Assembly (NCBI GenBank): GCA_013265495.1
Contig: MU057713.1
Span: 247,751 to 267,750 of the forward strand
Origin: Vicugna vicugna
Taxonomy: Eukaryota
Length of the DNA stretch: 20,000 nt
Direction of reading: 5' to 3'
How positions within the stretch are numbered: position 1 is the first letter of the stretch; each line of letters opens with the position of its first letter. A program made the position numbers and the translations under genes. The notes beneath the pieces were generated by a model. That model was not told the origin of the DNA, ran no database searches, and was given only the letters and a program-made list of their open reading frames with translations. Positions 1-11,000 of the stretch are shown here, in pieces.

Positions 1-127
1 TTTGCAAAGGAATGAACTAGAAACAAATCAATGCAATGAATTTTTGAGGACACGGTGAAAAAAGATTGAGCAGATGTTTAAATAACTGAACCTACCACGT
101 AAAATATGTTCTGCTCCATATTGCATG

Positions 128-770
128 TAGTAGTCTCCCCTTATCCTCAGCTCCTTGCCATAGATGCAGCTACTTGCAGTCAACTGTGGCTTGAAAATAT
201 TGAAAGGAAAATTCCAAAAATAAACAATTTGTAAGTTTTAAATAGCACAGCATTCTGAGTAGCATAATGCAATCTTACGTCATCTTGCTCACTTCTACCC
301 AGGACCCTCAACCACTGTCGTCATCTGCTCCTGACATCCAACCATCGACATCATCATGGCTCAATGATCCACGATCACCTGAGTCAGATGACCCTCCTGG
401 CATGTCCTCAGAAGGTCAACTGTAGCCTGACGCCAAGTCCCAGTGCCAACGCCATGCACTTCTTTCGTCTCATCACGTGGGCATTTTACCATCCCACATC
501 ACCACAAGAAGGATGAGTACAGCACAGTAAGGTATTTTGAGAGAGAGACCACATTCACATACCTTTTATTAAATTATATTGTTGTAACTGTTTTATTTTA
601 TTATTGTTGTTCTTAACTGCTTACTGGGCCTAATTTATAAATTAAACTTTATCGTAGGCATGTATGTATAGCAAAAAACAGTGTGTATGTATAAGGGTCA
701 GTACTTGGAGGTTTCAGGTATCCACTAGGAGTCTTGGAATGTATTCCCCCAAAATGAGGGGGGACTCCTC
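128..770 (+). mobile_element. MER44-family (Tigger7-derived) non-autonomous DNA transposon, TcMar-Tigger
   Basis: Degenerate terminal inverted repeats TAGTAGTCTCCCCTTATCC (from 128) and ATGAGGGGGGACTCCTC (to 770) match the recalled MER44/Tigger7 ends CAGTAGTCCCCCCTTATCC...GGGGGGACTACTG. Internal blocks such as GAAAATTCCAAAAATAAACAATT and GAGAGAGACCACATTCACATA also match. Subfamily not resolved. Confidence 0.88.
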
Positions 771-1857
771 CACATTTTCCTTGTGATTAAGTGTTTTAAG
801 AGCAAAAATAGCTATAAGAATATCACATTCCTGGAAATGGTTAAGTGGTTAAATGTTAAATATTTCATATAGTACTTACTCTTTTTTTAAATTAAGCTTA
901 TAATAGAATAATGCTTCTCAAGAATGAAAAAGGAAAAGCGATAACATAGGAAAAATATAAATTTTAAATGTGTGAGCATATGCTAGTACCTACTGATTTT
1001 TTCCACTATGACACTGCCAAAACTTGTTACAAGAGAAATATTTTAACACACCATCACACACTATAACATCTTCTAAGCCTGGTCCAAAAATGATATGCCT
1101 AGAATTTATCTTAAAGAAATATCACACCATATTAAAAATAATGCTACTATAAAAACCCTATTTTATGATGGATGTTTTAAGTATACCTGTGATCATTAAG
1201 GAATTAGCAAAACGATGAAATTGTTAACATGTCCAAACACTCCTATCTGGTCTTCTGGTATTGCCGTCTCTTTAGATGCATCAGGATTACACAGAAGAAA
1301 AATGATTGCAGTCCTTTAGTGTTCTGAAAAATGCCTGACACTGTCCATTTTATTGCCAGCATTTTAGGCTTCATATTGTACATGATGAGCGAAATGACCT
1401 TTGAAGAAAATTGTGGGGTTGAGTAGAGAAAAATCAAATGACAGAAATTGACAGGATGGACTGTTGTTTCAAACTCGGATCTTCGTCTCAAATGACCAAC
1501 TTTTGTAACCAGTAAGTTGTTATTATTTAGTCATGTTTCTCAATGAAGTCTCCATCCAAGTACATATTATAAGAAAGGAAACCTGGTAGCACATATAATC
1601 AGCTTTAAAAAAACAAGGCAAAGCATGAGAACTTCATTATCTAGTCATTTGCAGAAATAATGATATTGAATGTGTAAATTTAGATCGTCATAGCATTGCA
1701 CAAATAAATTATTTAAAATCAATTAAATGAATTTTGGGAATATCTTAAGACCAAAAGGTGATGCAGTTCCCCTTCGGCATGAAACCACGTTCCCTGGCAC
1801 CCATCCTTCTTACAGAGATATCAAAAAGCAAGGGAGAAACCTCAAGTTCTTTAGACT

Positions 1858-1960
1858 ATTCATTCACTCAGTAAACACTTCTTGAGTGTCTAATATGTGT
1901 CAGGAAGTAACAGCTGCTGAAAATATGAAGATTACATGTACATAGTTCCAACCCCCTTAT
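1858..1960 (-). mobile_element. L2 LINE 3' end fragment
   Basis: CATTCACTCAGTAAACACTTCTTGAGTGTCTAATATGTGTCAGG resembles the reverse-complemented L2 3' terminus (CATTCATTCAACAAATATTTATTGAGCACCTACTATGTGCCAGG). Confidence 0.7.
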
Positions 1961-2649
1961 CTCTGACAGAATTGATAACATGGCAGGGAGGACCTCTGCT
2001 TTGGGGGATAACATTACCACCATGAAAAACGCTCAAAGAAAAGCCAAAAAGTAACTAAGCATTAGACACAGAACAGTTTAGACCCATTCATTTGGCCATT
2101 CCAGGCATTTTTAAAAATCATGCAGAAGTCCAATGTTCTTTCAAACTGACTCCGCCATCACAGGCGATACATCATGTCATCCCTTCCGCTTATCACCCCA
2201 GAAAGTAATGAGAGAATTCTATTCCTTGTTTCGCGTATCAGGGAACTAATGTTCTGAAAGCTCTGTGACACGTACGAGTTAAGAAGACGAGATCTTAGAT
2301 CTGAACCCTCGTCTGCCAGCATCTAGCCCATGGTTTTTCCTTGTGTAATAATTTATCTTACTATATGGAGTAAACTCATCTTCCTTCCGTTTGTTTCTCT
2401 CTTCAAACACTGATGGGAACGCCTTACTGCAAAGTAGCATTTGTTAAAATGATTCAACGTACTTTGAAAAGTGCCCACAAACAGCTCTTCCAGTACCACA
2501 AAGGCATAAAGGAAAGTGTCCCATTGAGGTAGCTTCATTTTAATACCTAGATGTGACTGAGAAACACACCCTTCTCAATTAACCCTTACATTTTCCTACT
2601 ATATTTTTCCCAGCATTTAAAACACCTATACAAAAACATTAATTTGGAA

Positions 2650-2805
2650 CTGTGGTATAAGATAGTCAATGAGCTCCAGGGTTTGCATTAAGTAGACCAG
2701 AGCTAACATCTCAGCAACTCCACCGAGCTCTGCTGGAAACCCCAGTTTGCCTCATCTGTAAGGTAGAGCGAGTACCAACTACCACATTTGTAAAACGCCT
2801 GGTTG
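2650..2805 (+). mobile_element. MIR SINE fragment
   Basis: CCCCAGTTTGCCTCATCTGTAAGG resembles the MIR core CCTCAGTTTCCTCATCTGTAAAATGG; boundaries approximate. Confidence 0.6.
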
Positions 2806-5689
2806 AGCTCTCAGCACACCAAAGCTAAAATAATCATGTTTGCATATAATTTGCAAATGCTCTTAAGTCATTCCAAAGTCAAAAAAATTATGACTAATTT
2901 TAGTCACACCCAGGAGACACTGAATAAAAGTGATTTAGCTGTGACAATAAGAAGCCAGACTGCCTGATACACATCAAGTATGTGGAGAATTATCAATAAA
3001 TATTATCTGATTATCACATGATTAAAAGTTGGTAAGTCTGTACTTCTCCTAAGGTAAATATAAAAAAACCAAAATATTCTGTCTGTATTAAAACTCTTAT
3101 TTTTTTTATTACTTTTACTTCCCTTTAGGTTAATGTATCACATTGAAATCAATGAGAAGCTCACTTAACATCTTTCTCATTTCTCAGCTCCTCTAGCAAA
3201 ACCAACTGCTGGCTTACAATAGTGTTGTTGTTACTGTTGTAAGTTCTGTAGATGTTTTGTGAAGGCATGGTCAGAAAGAAAATATCTCCCATTTTTACCA
3301 GCACATTCAACTTCCACTGCTTACATACACTCTTGCTGAATTTTGTCTAAGCCCAGAAGAAGAACTATCTCTACAGGAGTGAAATGGTGCCCAAATTATT
3401 TCATCTCAAGCTTTGTTGTCTTATTCCTAAAATTACTCTAGAGGAACAAATATTTGGAAATTTAATGGGAAATAATCCAATCTAAAACATAGTACTTGAA
3501 ATTTAATCTTACCAATAACAAAAGAGAATCGGTATGCTTTTGATACTATTAATACTGCTAAGTGCTCCACAATAAAAAGCACTCAGAAGAGAAAAAATAA
3601 AACCTTCTTTTCCCAATTATTGCAAAGTTAGAGAAAAGTCACTTAAACCTAATCACTGAAGGGAAACATACTTCGCAGAAAATAATGTAAGTGCACTCAT
3701 GCTGCAGACAAACATCACCCTGCAGTTTGCCCAGTTAACACAAGAGTTCAGGGCATCAACGCACACTTACACACCCTTCTTGTTAAAATGCTGGAAATTA
3801 ATTCCTGGCCTAAGAGGCATTCATGGTTCCATACTTAAAATCATACAGGTTCACCAGGGGAACATTTAGATTATCTGCCGATTCTGTCGTGTGAATTTAA
3901 CCTATTATTGAGCATTTGCACTTCATGGACAAAAGACCAGTAAATTCAATGGCTATGTGAGAAGGATTAGGTTATCAGACTATAAATGAGGTAGAATTTT
4001 ACTACATGGAAATCGGTGAGATAAATTCAAGCTTTGCAGGATATAAATTTGTGGTATTTACGGTAAGGGTGGCACAGCAGAAATCAATGCCTACCACCCA
4101 CCCACAAATCTCTAATCATAGCACGTTAATAGGCTTGAATTAATACGGAATTGAGTAGAACACAATTTTCCTGGTTAACATATTTTAAAAGTAAGTATGT
4201 TTATTAATAAACACAACAAGAAAAAGGAAAGAAGACTTCCTGTCGCTACCAGCTAACATTTGAGATTTAAGGTCCTATTAGGTCTAAAATTCCAGTATCT
4301 AATTATTCAGGCAAACACTGCACTCAGATATTTACCACCACACAAGTCATCACCACATGGCATGGTCACTCTGCTGGATTTACTCTACTGTAAAAAAGCA
4401 CCCTTATTTCTAGTTCAATACCACAGTGTAAGGGTACTAAACTGCACTGTAAGTTGTACAGGATCACTTAATGAACTGCAATAATACAAAACTGCCTTTC
4501 AGTGAAATGTGTTGAAGCCAGGTCATTCCATTTGATAACCTATCTTACTCACTTAACTATCGCAGTCTTTAGATCTTGACCATCTACAGTTAGGCATTAT
4601 GGGAGATTCAATATGTAAATACGATAAATTAGTTCTAAGTTAAGTCACAATGTAAAGTCACCTTCAAATATAGCATCAAGAGCAAAAATACTATTACACT
4701 TTTACAATAATTGATATAATGGCAACAAGTTCTATCTCACAGAGCCTACCCAATTGGCATCAATATATGCAGAGTGGAAATGACCCAACTTAGATCCACT
4801 TTCCAAGAATCGTGCTTAGGACACAGTAAATGCTCCTTAAATACATGATATATGACTGATACTTTTGTGAGACACTGTGAAACAAATTAACCACATTCTT
4901 TAAATGCACATTATTCCACTGGGTTCTATAACACACATTTAGTTGAAAGACCCTACTGGCATCACAAATCTTGATTCTATGTTTGGCACCAAAAGGCAAG
5001 TGATCAGACAACGACATCCACAAGGTTACTGTGTACACGCAGAATATTAGTGAGTCAAATTTGGCACAAGATACCAACGTGCAGACCTAATCAGACAGTG
5101 TATTAGCCAGTGCTGCTGAGTAATTACTTTTGTGTTTGTGAGCTGGAAATAGTTTAATACCACTTTCAGCCTTTGGATACTTTTCATCTTGCCTGCCATA
5201 ACTAAATACACCAAAAAGCAATTCAGATTCTACTGGCATTTATTAAGCACAACTGTTAAATATCACGCAGTTGGCCAGAACTTTCCACAGAAATTGATGA
5301 CTCTGACATCCAACTAGGTTTGGAAACCAACTTGCCAGTGCTTGAGTACAGTATCTCCACAAAGCTATGCCTAACTAGCTCCAGTGATAGGACAGACAAC
5401 CTGGAAAAGGCTGTGCATTTCATCTTTGAAGAGTTCTATAAGCAAAGCCTTCCATAATTAGCCAAAAATCTGCATTCTAAGAATGTCCTCCCACCTCTTT
5501 GAGTCTTTCAAATGAGCCCTCTTGCTCACCTACGTGAGCACACAGCTCTTCACAAACGTGAAAAACATGACCATTTCTCCACTTGCTTCAATTTAAAGCT
5601 GTCCATCCCTCATCGGTCTTCCTAGTAGCATCCCATCTTTTTCCTGCATGTAATTTACAACTACTGTATCATCTGTGTGTTGACTTTCC

Positions 5690-5960
5690 ACAGCCTGTGC
5701 TCCCCACGAGGACTCTCTCCCTGAGCTCCAAGATCAAGGCCACTTTGTGCCCCGCTGCACAGCCAGCACCCAACGCAGAGCAGTGCTCATGTGATGGAGA
5801 AATAGGTCAAAGAATAAATAAACAATTTAGAAGGCATAAGCCCTAATTACATTTTTTAACTTTTTTTTTTTTATATTTAGAGGGTCATAGAAAAAAGGGC
5901 AAGAGTGCCTGATTTAGCTGGTCTCTTACATAGTAGAAAATCTCAGTAAAAGACTTTTTA
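5690..5960 (+). mobile_element. Degenerate L2 3'-end fragments
   Basis: TGAGCTCCAAGATCAAGGCC...CCAGCACCCAACGCAGAGC...GAATAAATAAAC and CATAGTAGAAAATCTCAGTAAA resemble L2 3' UTR motifs; highly diverged. Confidence 0.45.
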
Positions 5961-5999
5961 ATGACTCTTTAAGTAAATAAACTTTTCCAATAATGATGA

Positions 6000-6105
6000 T
6001 CAACAGCATCTGTTTATTCTGTATATAGTTATTGTTTTTCCACAACGTACAAGACAGTGGGGATATAGCAGTGGACAGAATAGATACAGTCCCTGCCCTC
6101 ATGAT
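6000..6105 (-). mobile_element. L2 LINE fragment
   Basis: GGGGATATAGCAGTGGACAGAATAGATACAGTCCCTGCCCTCATG is a typical antisense L2 3' motif. Confidence 0.7.
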
Positions 6106-6294
6106 GTGATAACAAAGTGTAAGAGGTTACTATATAAAGAAGCAAAGTAGACTATTGAGTTAAGTTCACATCCTCACATAGATTTAGCAGTGGAACATCG
6201 ATCCTAATAATTGGTTAGTAACCACACAAGGAAAAACAGAAGAATACAGGCTTCAATTTAAACCAGTAAGTCATGGAGTTACAAAACTAAAACA

Positions 6295-6543
6295 AGCAGT
6301 CAAATTCAGAGACAGAAAGCAGAATGGTTTTTGCCAAGGGCTGAGGAGAGAGGAGAAAGGGGAGTTCTTGTTTAATGGGCATGAGATTTCAGTTTGGGAG
6401 CATGAAAATTGTTCTGGAGACGGATGGTGATGATGGCTGCATGACCATGTGAAGGTACTTAGTGCCACTGAACTGCACGCTTAAAAAATGGTTAACACAA
6501 TAAAGTTTATGTTATGTATATTTTATCACAATAAAAAAAAAAA
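6295..6543 (+). mobile_element. L1M (L1MB-like) LINE-1 3' UTR end with poly(A) tail, 5'-truncated
   Basis: CAAATTCAGAGACAGAAAGCAGAATGG...TGTTTAATGGG...GTTCTGGAGACGGATGGTGATGATGG...GCCACTGAACTGCACGCTTAAAAAATGGTTAA...TATGTTATGTATATTTTATCACAATAAAAAAAAAAA is the characteristic L1MB 3' end. AATAAA at 6530-6535 runs into the A tract. Confidence 0.88.
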
Positions 6544-7371
6544 CCAAAGGGGATTAAAAAAAAAAACCTGTGTCACACAAGGCGGCTGTACCTCGTATCA
6601 ATAATTATCATTCAGCAGCCCCGTGTACAGACGGATGGTCCCGAGTTTGTCACTGAGTTCCACAAGCACAAGGATGGAGAAACACCAGCAGAAGTAGGAT
6701 CATCAAAGAAAGAAAGACAGCTACATTTGACAAATGATGCATCATTAAGTAACTAGCAAGGAACCTCAAGGACACTGACAGCTCATTTTTTCATTCCAGT
6801 TCCCTTTGAGTAAAGCTCTCCAGGGCTATGAGACTCAGAGCTCTGTTTTGTGTTTTTGTTTTTTTTTTAATTCTCTCACTTCCCAAACACAAAGAAAATT
6901 TTACCTCTCAAGTGAAAAAGCCTAACTCTGAAAAACCCCAGGACACAACCACCAAAAATGACTGCAGAATGCAACTGAGATCTGTTGGCAAAAGCTCATT
7001 GGAAAATGTTAGCAACGCCTGCATATGCTGCCCCTGCTTCATATAAGCAACAAGGAAAACAAAATTTAGAGTCAAGATACAGGTGGTATATTACTGGAGG
7101 GGAAAAAACACCTTTTTAAATATAAAATGTAAGGCATACCGGGGACAGCACTCCTCTGAGTCCTTCTCAGAATCAAGCATCCTACCAATCATTCATACGG
7201 AAAACAAACCAGAAACAGCGTCACTGCCAAGCCAATCAAGCTGGCAACATTTATTATTTTGTGTTCTGAGTACCAGAAGATGATACAAAAGAAAGTCTCA
7301 TCGCTTGCCCTTTAGGAGCACATCATGGGAAGGGTGATGATTTGTATTATATATTTCGGCCAGGGAGTTGG

Positions 7372-7720
7372 AACACAGCAACGCAAGAGCATGGGCTCTG
7401 ATGTAATCTCAACTCAACAACTTTTTAGCTGCATGTCCTCAGTGATGACAGCTAAATCACTGAGAGCTTAGCACATACCACGAAGTGTCGTCTAAAATCC
7501 ATCCCAGTTAATCCTCACAAACTATACAAAGTAAATACTATTTTTTTAACACATAATAAATTCAAGTTATTTAATTTCCTTGAGCCTCAGTTTCCTTGCA
7601 GGGGTGGGGGAGGGAGGATTAACACCAACATCACACAACTGTTTTGAAAGTTTAATGAGTTAACATGTAAAAAAATAACTTAGATACTGTCAGCTCTCAG
7701 TGCATGAATGCTGATACCAT
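7372..7720 (+). mobile_element. MIR SINE (+), apparently interrupted by an antisense MIR fragment at about 7443-7550
   Basis: 5' part AAGAGCATGGGCTCTG...TAGCTGCATGTCCTC; core resumes at CAAGTTATTTAATTTCCTTGAGCCTCAGTTTCC (7563 onward). The intervening ACAGCTAAATCACTGAGAGCTTA...TTAATCCTCACAAAC resembles the reverse-complemented MIR 3' end. Confidence 0.6.
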
Positions 7721-7825
7721 CATTTATTATAGAAATAGCACACATTTAGAAAAGTGATTCTAGGAGAGCATTTTAAAGCACTTTTTTTTTAATACATCCT
7801 GTCTGAACTGTTTATAGATACAATT

Positions 7826-7910
7826 TAATTCAGCAAATGTGTTCCTGTTATATACAAGACCTATGCCAGGCACTGCAATGTACACCAAGATACATGACTC
7901 AATTTCTACC
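7826..7910 (-). mobile_element. L2 LINE 3' end fragment
   Basis: TAATTCAGCAAATGTGTT...CCTATGCCAGGCACTG matches the antisense L2 terminus. Confidence 0.6.
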
Positions 7911-8861
7911 ATTAAGTTGTTTAATCCAGTGAGTTTATATCTTAAAATTAAGGCAGTTGACCAACAGCCTAAGTTTATGGTTCGGTGTGAAATGTTCCTA
8001 TTCTGTATATTCTGTTATATTCGCCATCACTGTTTCATCCTATAAATGCAAGATGACATTTTTATCCTGTGAAATATGACTTTCGGAAGTTAAATAGCAA
8101 GTAAGTTCACCCAAGTACAGTTGCTCCTTTTTTCACATCGCTATGGCATATATTTTATAACACCTGTACCAACCGAACACATGCTGATTTCCAGTCATTG
8201 GTGTGCAGTTCTCTCAGCAAAAGGGAACAAGCAGCCTGCATCCAGACATCCTGTTTATAATGACAGCCTGAGCTACCAAACTCTCTACTATCTTGTCTAA
8301 TCAAAATGAACGAAAATAAATGATCAATAGTGGAAAAGCCTCTCATCTCACGTGGCGATGCGCTTTCAAGTCCTAGTGAGACTTCCTAAGATATTTATGG
8401 TGAAATCTACCCAGAACACTGATCTCAACTGGAAATCTTATAGTTTGGGAGAATGCAGGAAATGTCCCCAGGGAAACAGGGAGATGTGTATGATATACGG
8501 TACAGGGTTTTCCCACAATAAATAAGCATGTATAAAATGTCAGGGAATTTATAAAGACAGAGTATCTGACACTGTAACTAATGTATATTATAAAAACGCC
8601 TCCTTTCTCTTCCAGGCAAACTCTAGCAAAGCAAACCTTTAAAAGCAGTTAACTTGCTAAAATAACATGATCATTAGTCAAAATCCTTTCTATTTCACCA
8701 TGAAACCCCTGGTACTATCAGGGTCCTTCATCTTTCCAGGAAAGAATAGCAATACTTGTATATGGTTAAATAATGTTACCATTTATCCACACTAAGCTAA
8801 GCAAAGGCTTAAAGACAGTATTTTTATTTATTTGTTTATTTAGTTTTTGAGTAAAAGTGGA

Positions 8862-8867
8862 TTTATT
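8862..8867 (-). terminator. LTR R-region polyadenylation signal AATAAA
   Basis: AATAAA followed 13 nt later by the A-rich tail of the insertion. Confidence 0.7.
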
Positions 8868-9006
8868 TAGAGAGATACATTGAAAGGCAAGAGAAAGGCC
8901 ATGAGGTGTGGAGGTTGGGTGCTCAGATTAGAGTAAAAGTAGGTACACATTCCATAGAGTGCGGGCTATCTCAGGGGGTGAGAGAACGAGGGTGCCCTGT
9001 TGCCAG

Positions 9007-9014
9007 TTTTTATA
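9007..9014 (-). promoter_or_regulatory. LTR TATA box
   Basis: CCTATAAAAACTGG on the minus strand, about 140 nt upstream of the LTR poly(A) signal, at the expected U3/R position. An octamer-like ATGCTAAT lies at 9031-9038. Confidence 0.6.
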
Positions 9015-10134
9015 GGCTCAATGGCTTCATATGCTAATAAGTGGAAGGACCAGTCTAATCAGCCTGGGGCAGGGGCTGGGACTCCCAGGGAGTTGGCCAT
9101 TTCCCACTCTTTGACCTTTTGTGGCTAGCCTCGACCGCCATGGTGCCTGCAGGCATGCTATTCACCATGTTAATATATTACAATGGGCATATGATGAAGC
9201 TCAAGGTCGGCTAGAAGGCAAATCTCCCACCGTCATGAGCCTCAAGGCCTCCTGGGGGTTGAATCTCCCACCATTCTGGTGTTAATTGCTGTGTTACTCC
9301 TCGAATGGCTGTGCCCTGCCCCCTGCCTGTCTCATTCCCCCCTCAGAGATTTTACTCCTATAATCCTGTGGGGCTGCAAAGGGGTGAGAGTCCGTCTTCT
9401 GAAACTGCTTCCAGGACGAGTGGAGACAGTGTTTTTAAATACATCTAGATACTTCAGTTCAACTAAGTTCGAAACTAATTTACAAAACCATTGTTTTACA
9501 CCACACATAATGCTTTTAGTCCTTGAGTTTCCAATTATTTTCAGTGTTTGGTAATATATTTTTATTCAGTTTTAGTTGTATTCATTTCAGTGTTACACAC
9601 TGAGGCTGACTCTCAATCAATACTGAACGACAGGCTCATCACTGTAGATGAAACGGATGCCGAACAGTTTCAACAGCATATTGGGAATCTACCTTTATAT
9701 AAAAATATTTCCTTTTATTAAGTTGTTCCAAAATGACTACCAATGCCCCATTCCGTACTGGCACCAGGCGTGTAATCCCTTCAGAAGATGATGGGGAAGG
9801 GCAGCCCACACAAAGATAATTCAACTACGACACTAAAGTGCCGCACTAATGACATATACAAAGTGCCACAGAAACACAGAGGGATGTGCCCTCACCCAAG
9901 TCCTCGTCTCCCCTCTCCTACCTGGAGAAGAGCTGAATCCTATCGTGAAGAGCTCATCTTCTCTCTTGAAGAACACGTAATAGCTCACTAAGCAGAAAAT
10001 TAAAACAAACGAAAAACCAAGAAAGGACACTCTTAATAAAAAGGCAAGTCACACGGCCTACAGGTAGGAATGGACATGGTGTTTTCAGGGAATGTCAACT
10101 AGCTGTGTCACTGAGCTGCAGTGCACACTCAGAG

Positions 10135-10760
10135 GTATTGGCTGAGCACTATTTCAACACCAGGCACTCTGCTAGACCAGAGATCAGCAAATATCACACA
10201 GGCCAAATCTTTTCTGCTGCTTGATTTTGTATGGCTTGCAAACTAAGAATAATCCTTACATTTTTTAAGGGATGAAAAAAATCAAAAGAATGCCATTTCA
10301 TGATACATGAAAATGATACGACACTCTAATTTTATGTCCACAAATAAAGTTTAATGGGAACACAGTCCCACTCATTCCTTTGCATATGGCCGATGGCTGC
10401 CACAATGGCAGGACTGAGTAACTGTGACAGTGACAGCATGCCTCACAAAGCCTAAAGCATTTACTACACGAGAGAAAGAAAACAAGGTCTAATTGTGGAG
10501 ATGAACAGGCAAGCAGATCAAATCTCAGCGTATTGTAGGAGCACATGGTTGGGACACAAAGCCCCAGTGGTGGCAAGGGATGGTGAATAAGGAAAGGTTT
10601 ATGAGACTGGATTAAACTAACCGATCAAATTATGAGGAGTCTTACCTGTCATGCTAAAGACTGCAAACTTCATGCTAAAAGCAATGGCATGCCTTTGCAG
10701 CATTTTAAGAAGACCTAGGACATGATCAGCCTGATTTTTTTTAAATAACCATCCTGATCA
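10135..10760 (-). mobile_element. Old L2 LINE fragment interrupted by MER58B
   Basis: TATTGGCTGAGCACTATTTCAACACCAGGCACTCTGCTAGA (L2 3' end) on the left. GTCATGCTAAAGACTGCAAACTTCATGCTAAAAGCAATGGCATGCC...TTTTAAG...GACATGATCAG (antisense L2 body) at about 10645-10760. Confidence 0.6.
10178..10466 (+). mobile_element. MER58B hAT-Charlie non-autonomous DNA transposon, right end missing
   Basis: CAGAGATCAGCAAAT...GGCCAAATC...CTAAGAAT...AAAAAAATCAAAAGAA...TGTCCACAAATAAAGTTTAATGGGAACACAG...CAAAGCCTAAAGCATTTACTA follows the recalled MER58B consensus. The terminal 35 bp or so, including the right TIR, are not seen. Confidence 0.85.
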
Positions 10761-10897
10761 CAATATACCTGAGTGTACTTACTGCTTTTTGCTAGCAAAG
10801 CAAACACAACACTGGGACATAAGGACTGTTTGCTTTAGGAAGAACTGAGAAGTATTCTTATCAGGCAACCACCATTCTTACTCACTTTCTCTTAATA

Positions 10898-11000
10898 AAA
10901 TAACGATAATAAGAATAATAGCTAGCATTTACTGAGTGTTATTACATAACAGGCATTTGCTAAGTGTTTTAGATGCATTAACTCATCCAATCCTCACACA
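10898..11000 (-). mobile_element. MIR SINE 3' fragment
   Basis: AATAATAGCTAGCATTTACTGAGTG...CAGGCATTTGCTAAGTGTTTTAGATGCATTAACTCATCCAATCCTCAC is the antisense MIR tail. Confidence 0.8.

Larger units (their letters stand above)
8826..9423 (-). mobile_element. Polyadenylated ERV 3' fragment (internal stub + PPT + LTR U3-R + A-rich tail) with 13-bp target-site duplication; likely ERV1 class
   Basis: On the minus strand: polypurine tract GAGGGGGGAA (9344-9335), then TGAGAC LTR start (9334), TATAAAAA (9014-9007), AATAAA (8867-8862), and 13 nt later the tail AAAAACTAAATAAACAAATAAAT (8848-8826). Flanks: AGACAGTATTTTT (8813-8825) and AGACAGTGTTTTT (9424-9436). Confidence 0.85.

Noticed and set aside
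2362..2426. Possible minus-strand exon reading KAFPSVFEERNKRKEDEFTPY
   Set aside because: The acceptor is weak and the region resembles a very old MIR-type remnant; the peptide is not recognised.
3188..3238. 51-nt plus-strand exon candidate (TTTCTCAG...GTAAGT)
   Set aside because: It is an isolated candidate with an unrecognised low-complexity peptide and no partner exons.
6271..6468. 65-aa ORF with a His run
   Set aside because: It is an antisense reading of the L1M 3' UTR.
9279..9554. 91-aa ORF with a signal-peptide-like start
   Set aside because: It is antisense to the ERV fragment, crosses the insertion junction and has a non-ATG start.
9670..9710. Possible minus-strand terminal exon (G)RFPICC*
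   Set aside because: The acceptor (TATTTTTATATAAAG) is A-rich and weak, and all frames stop quickly.
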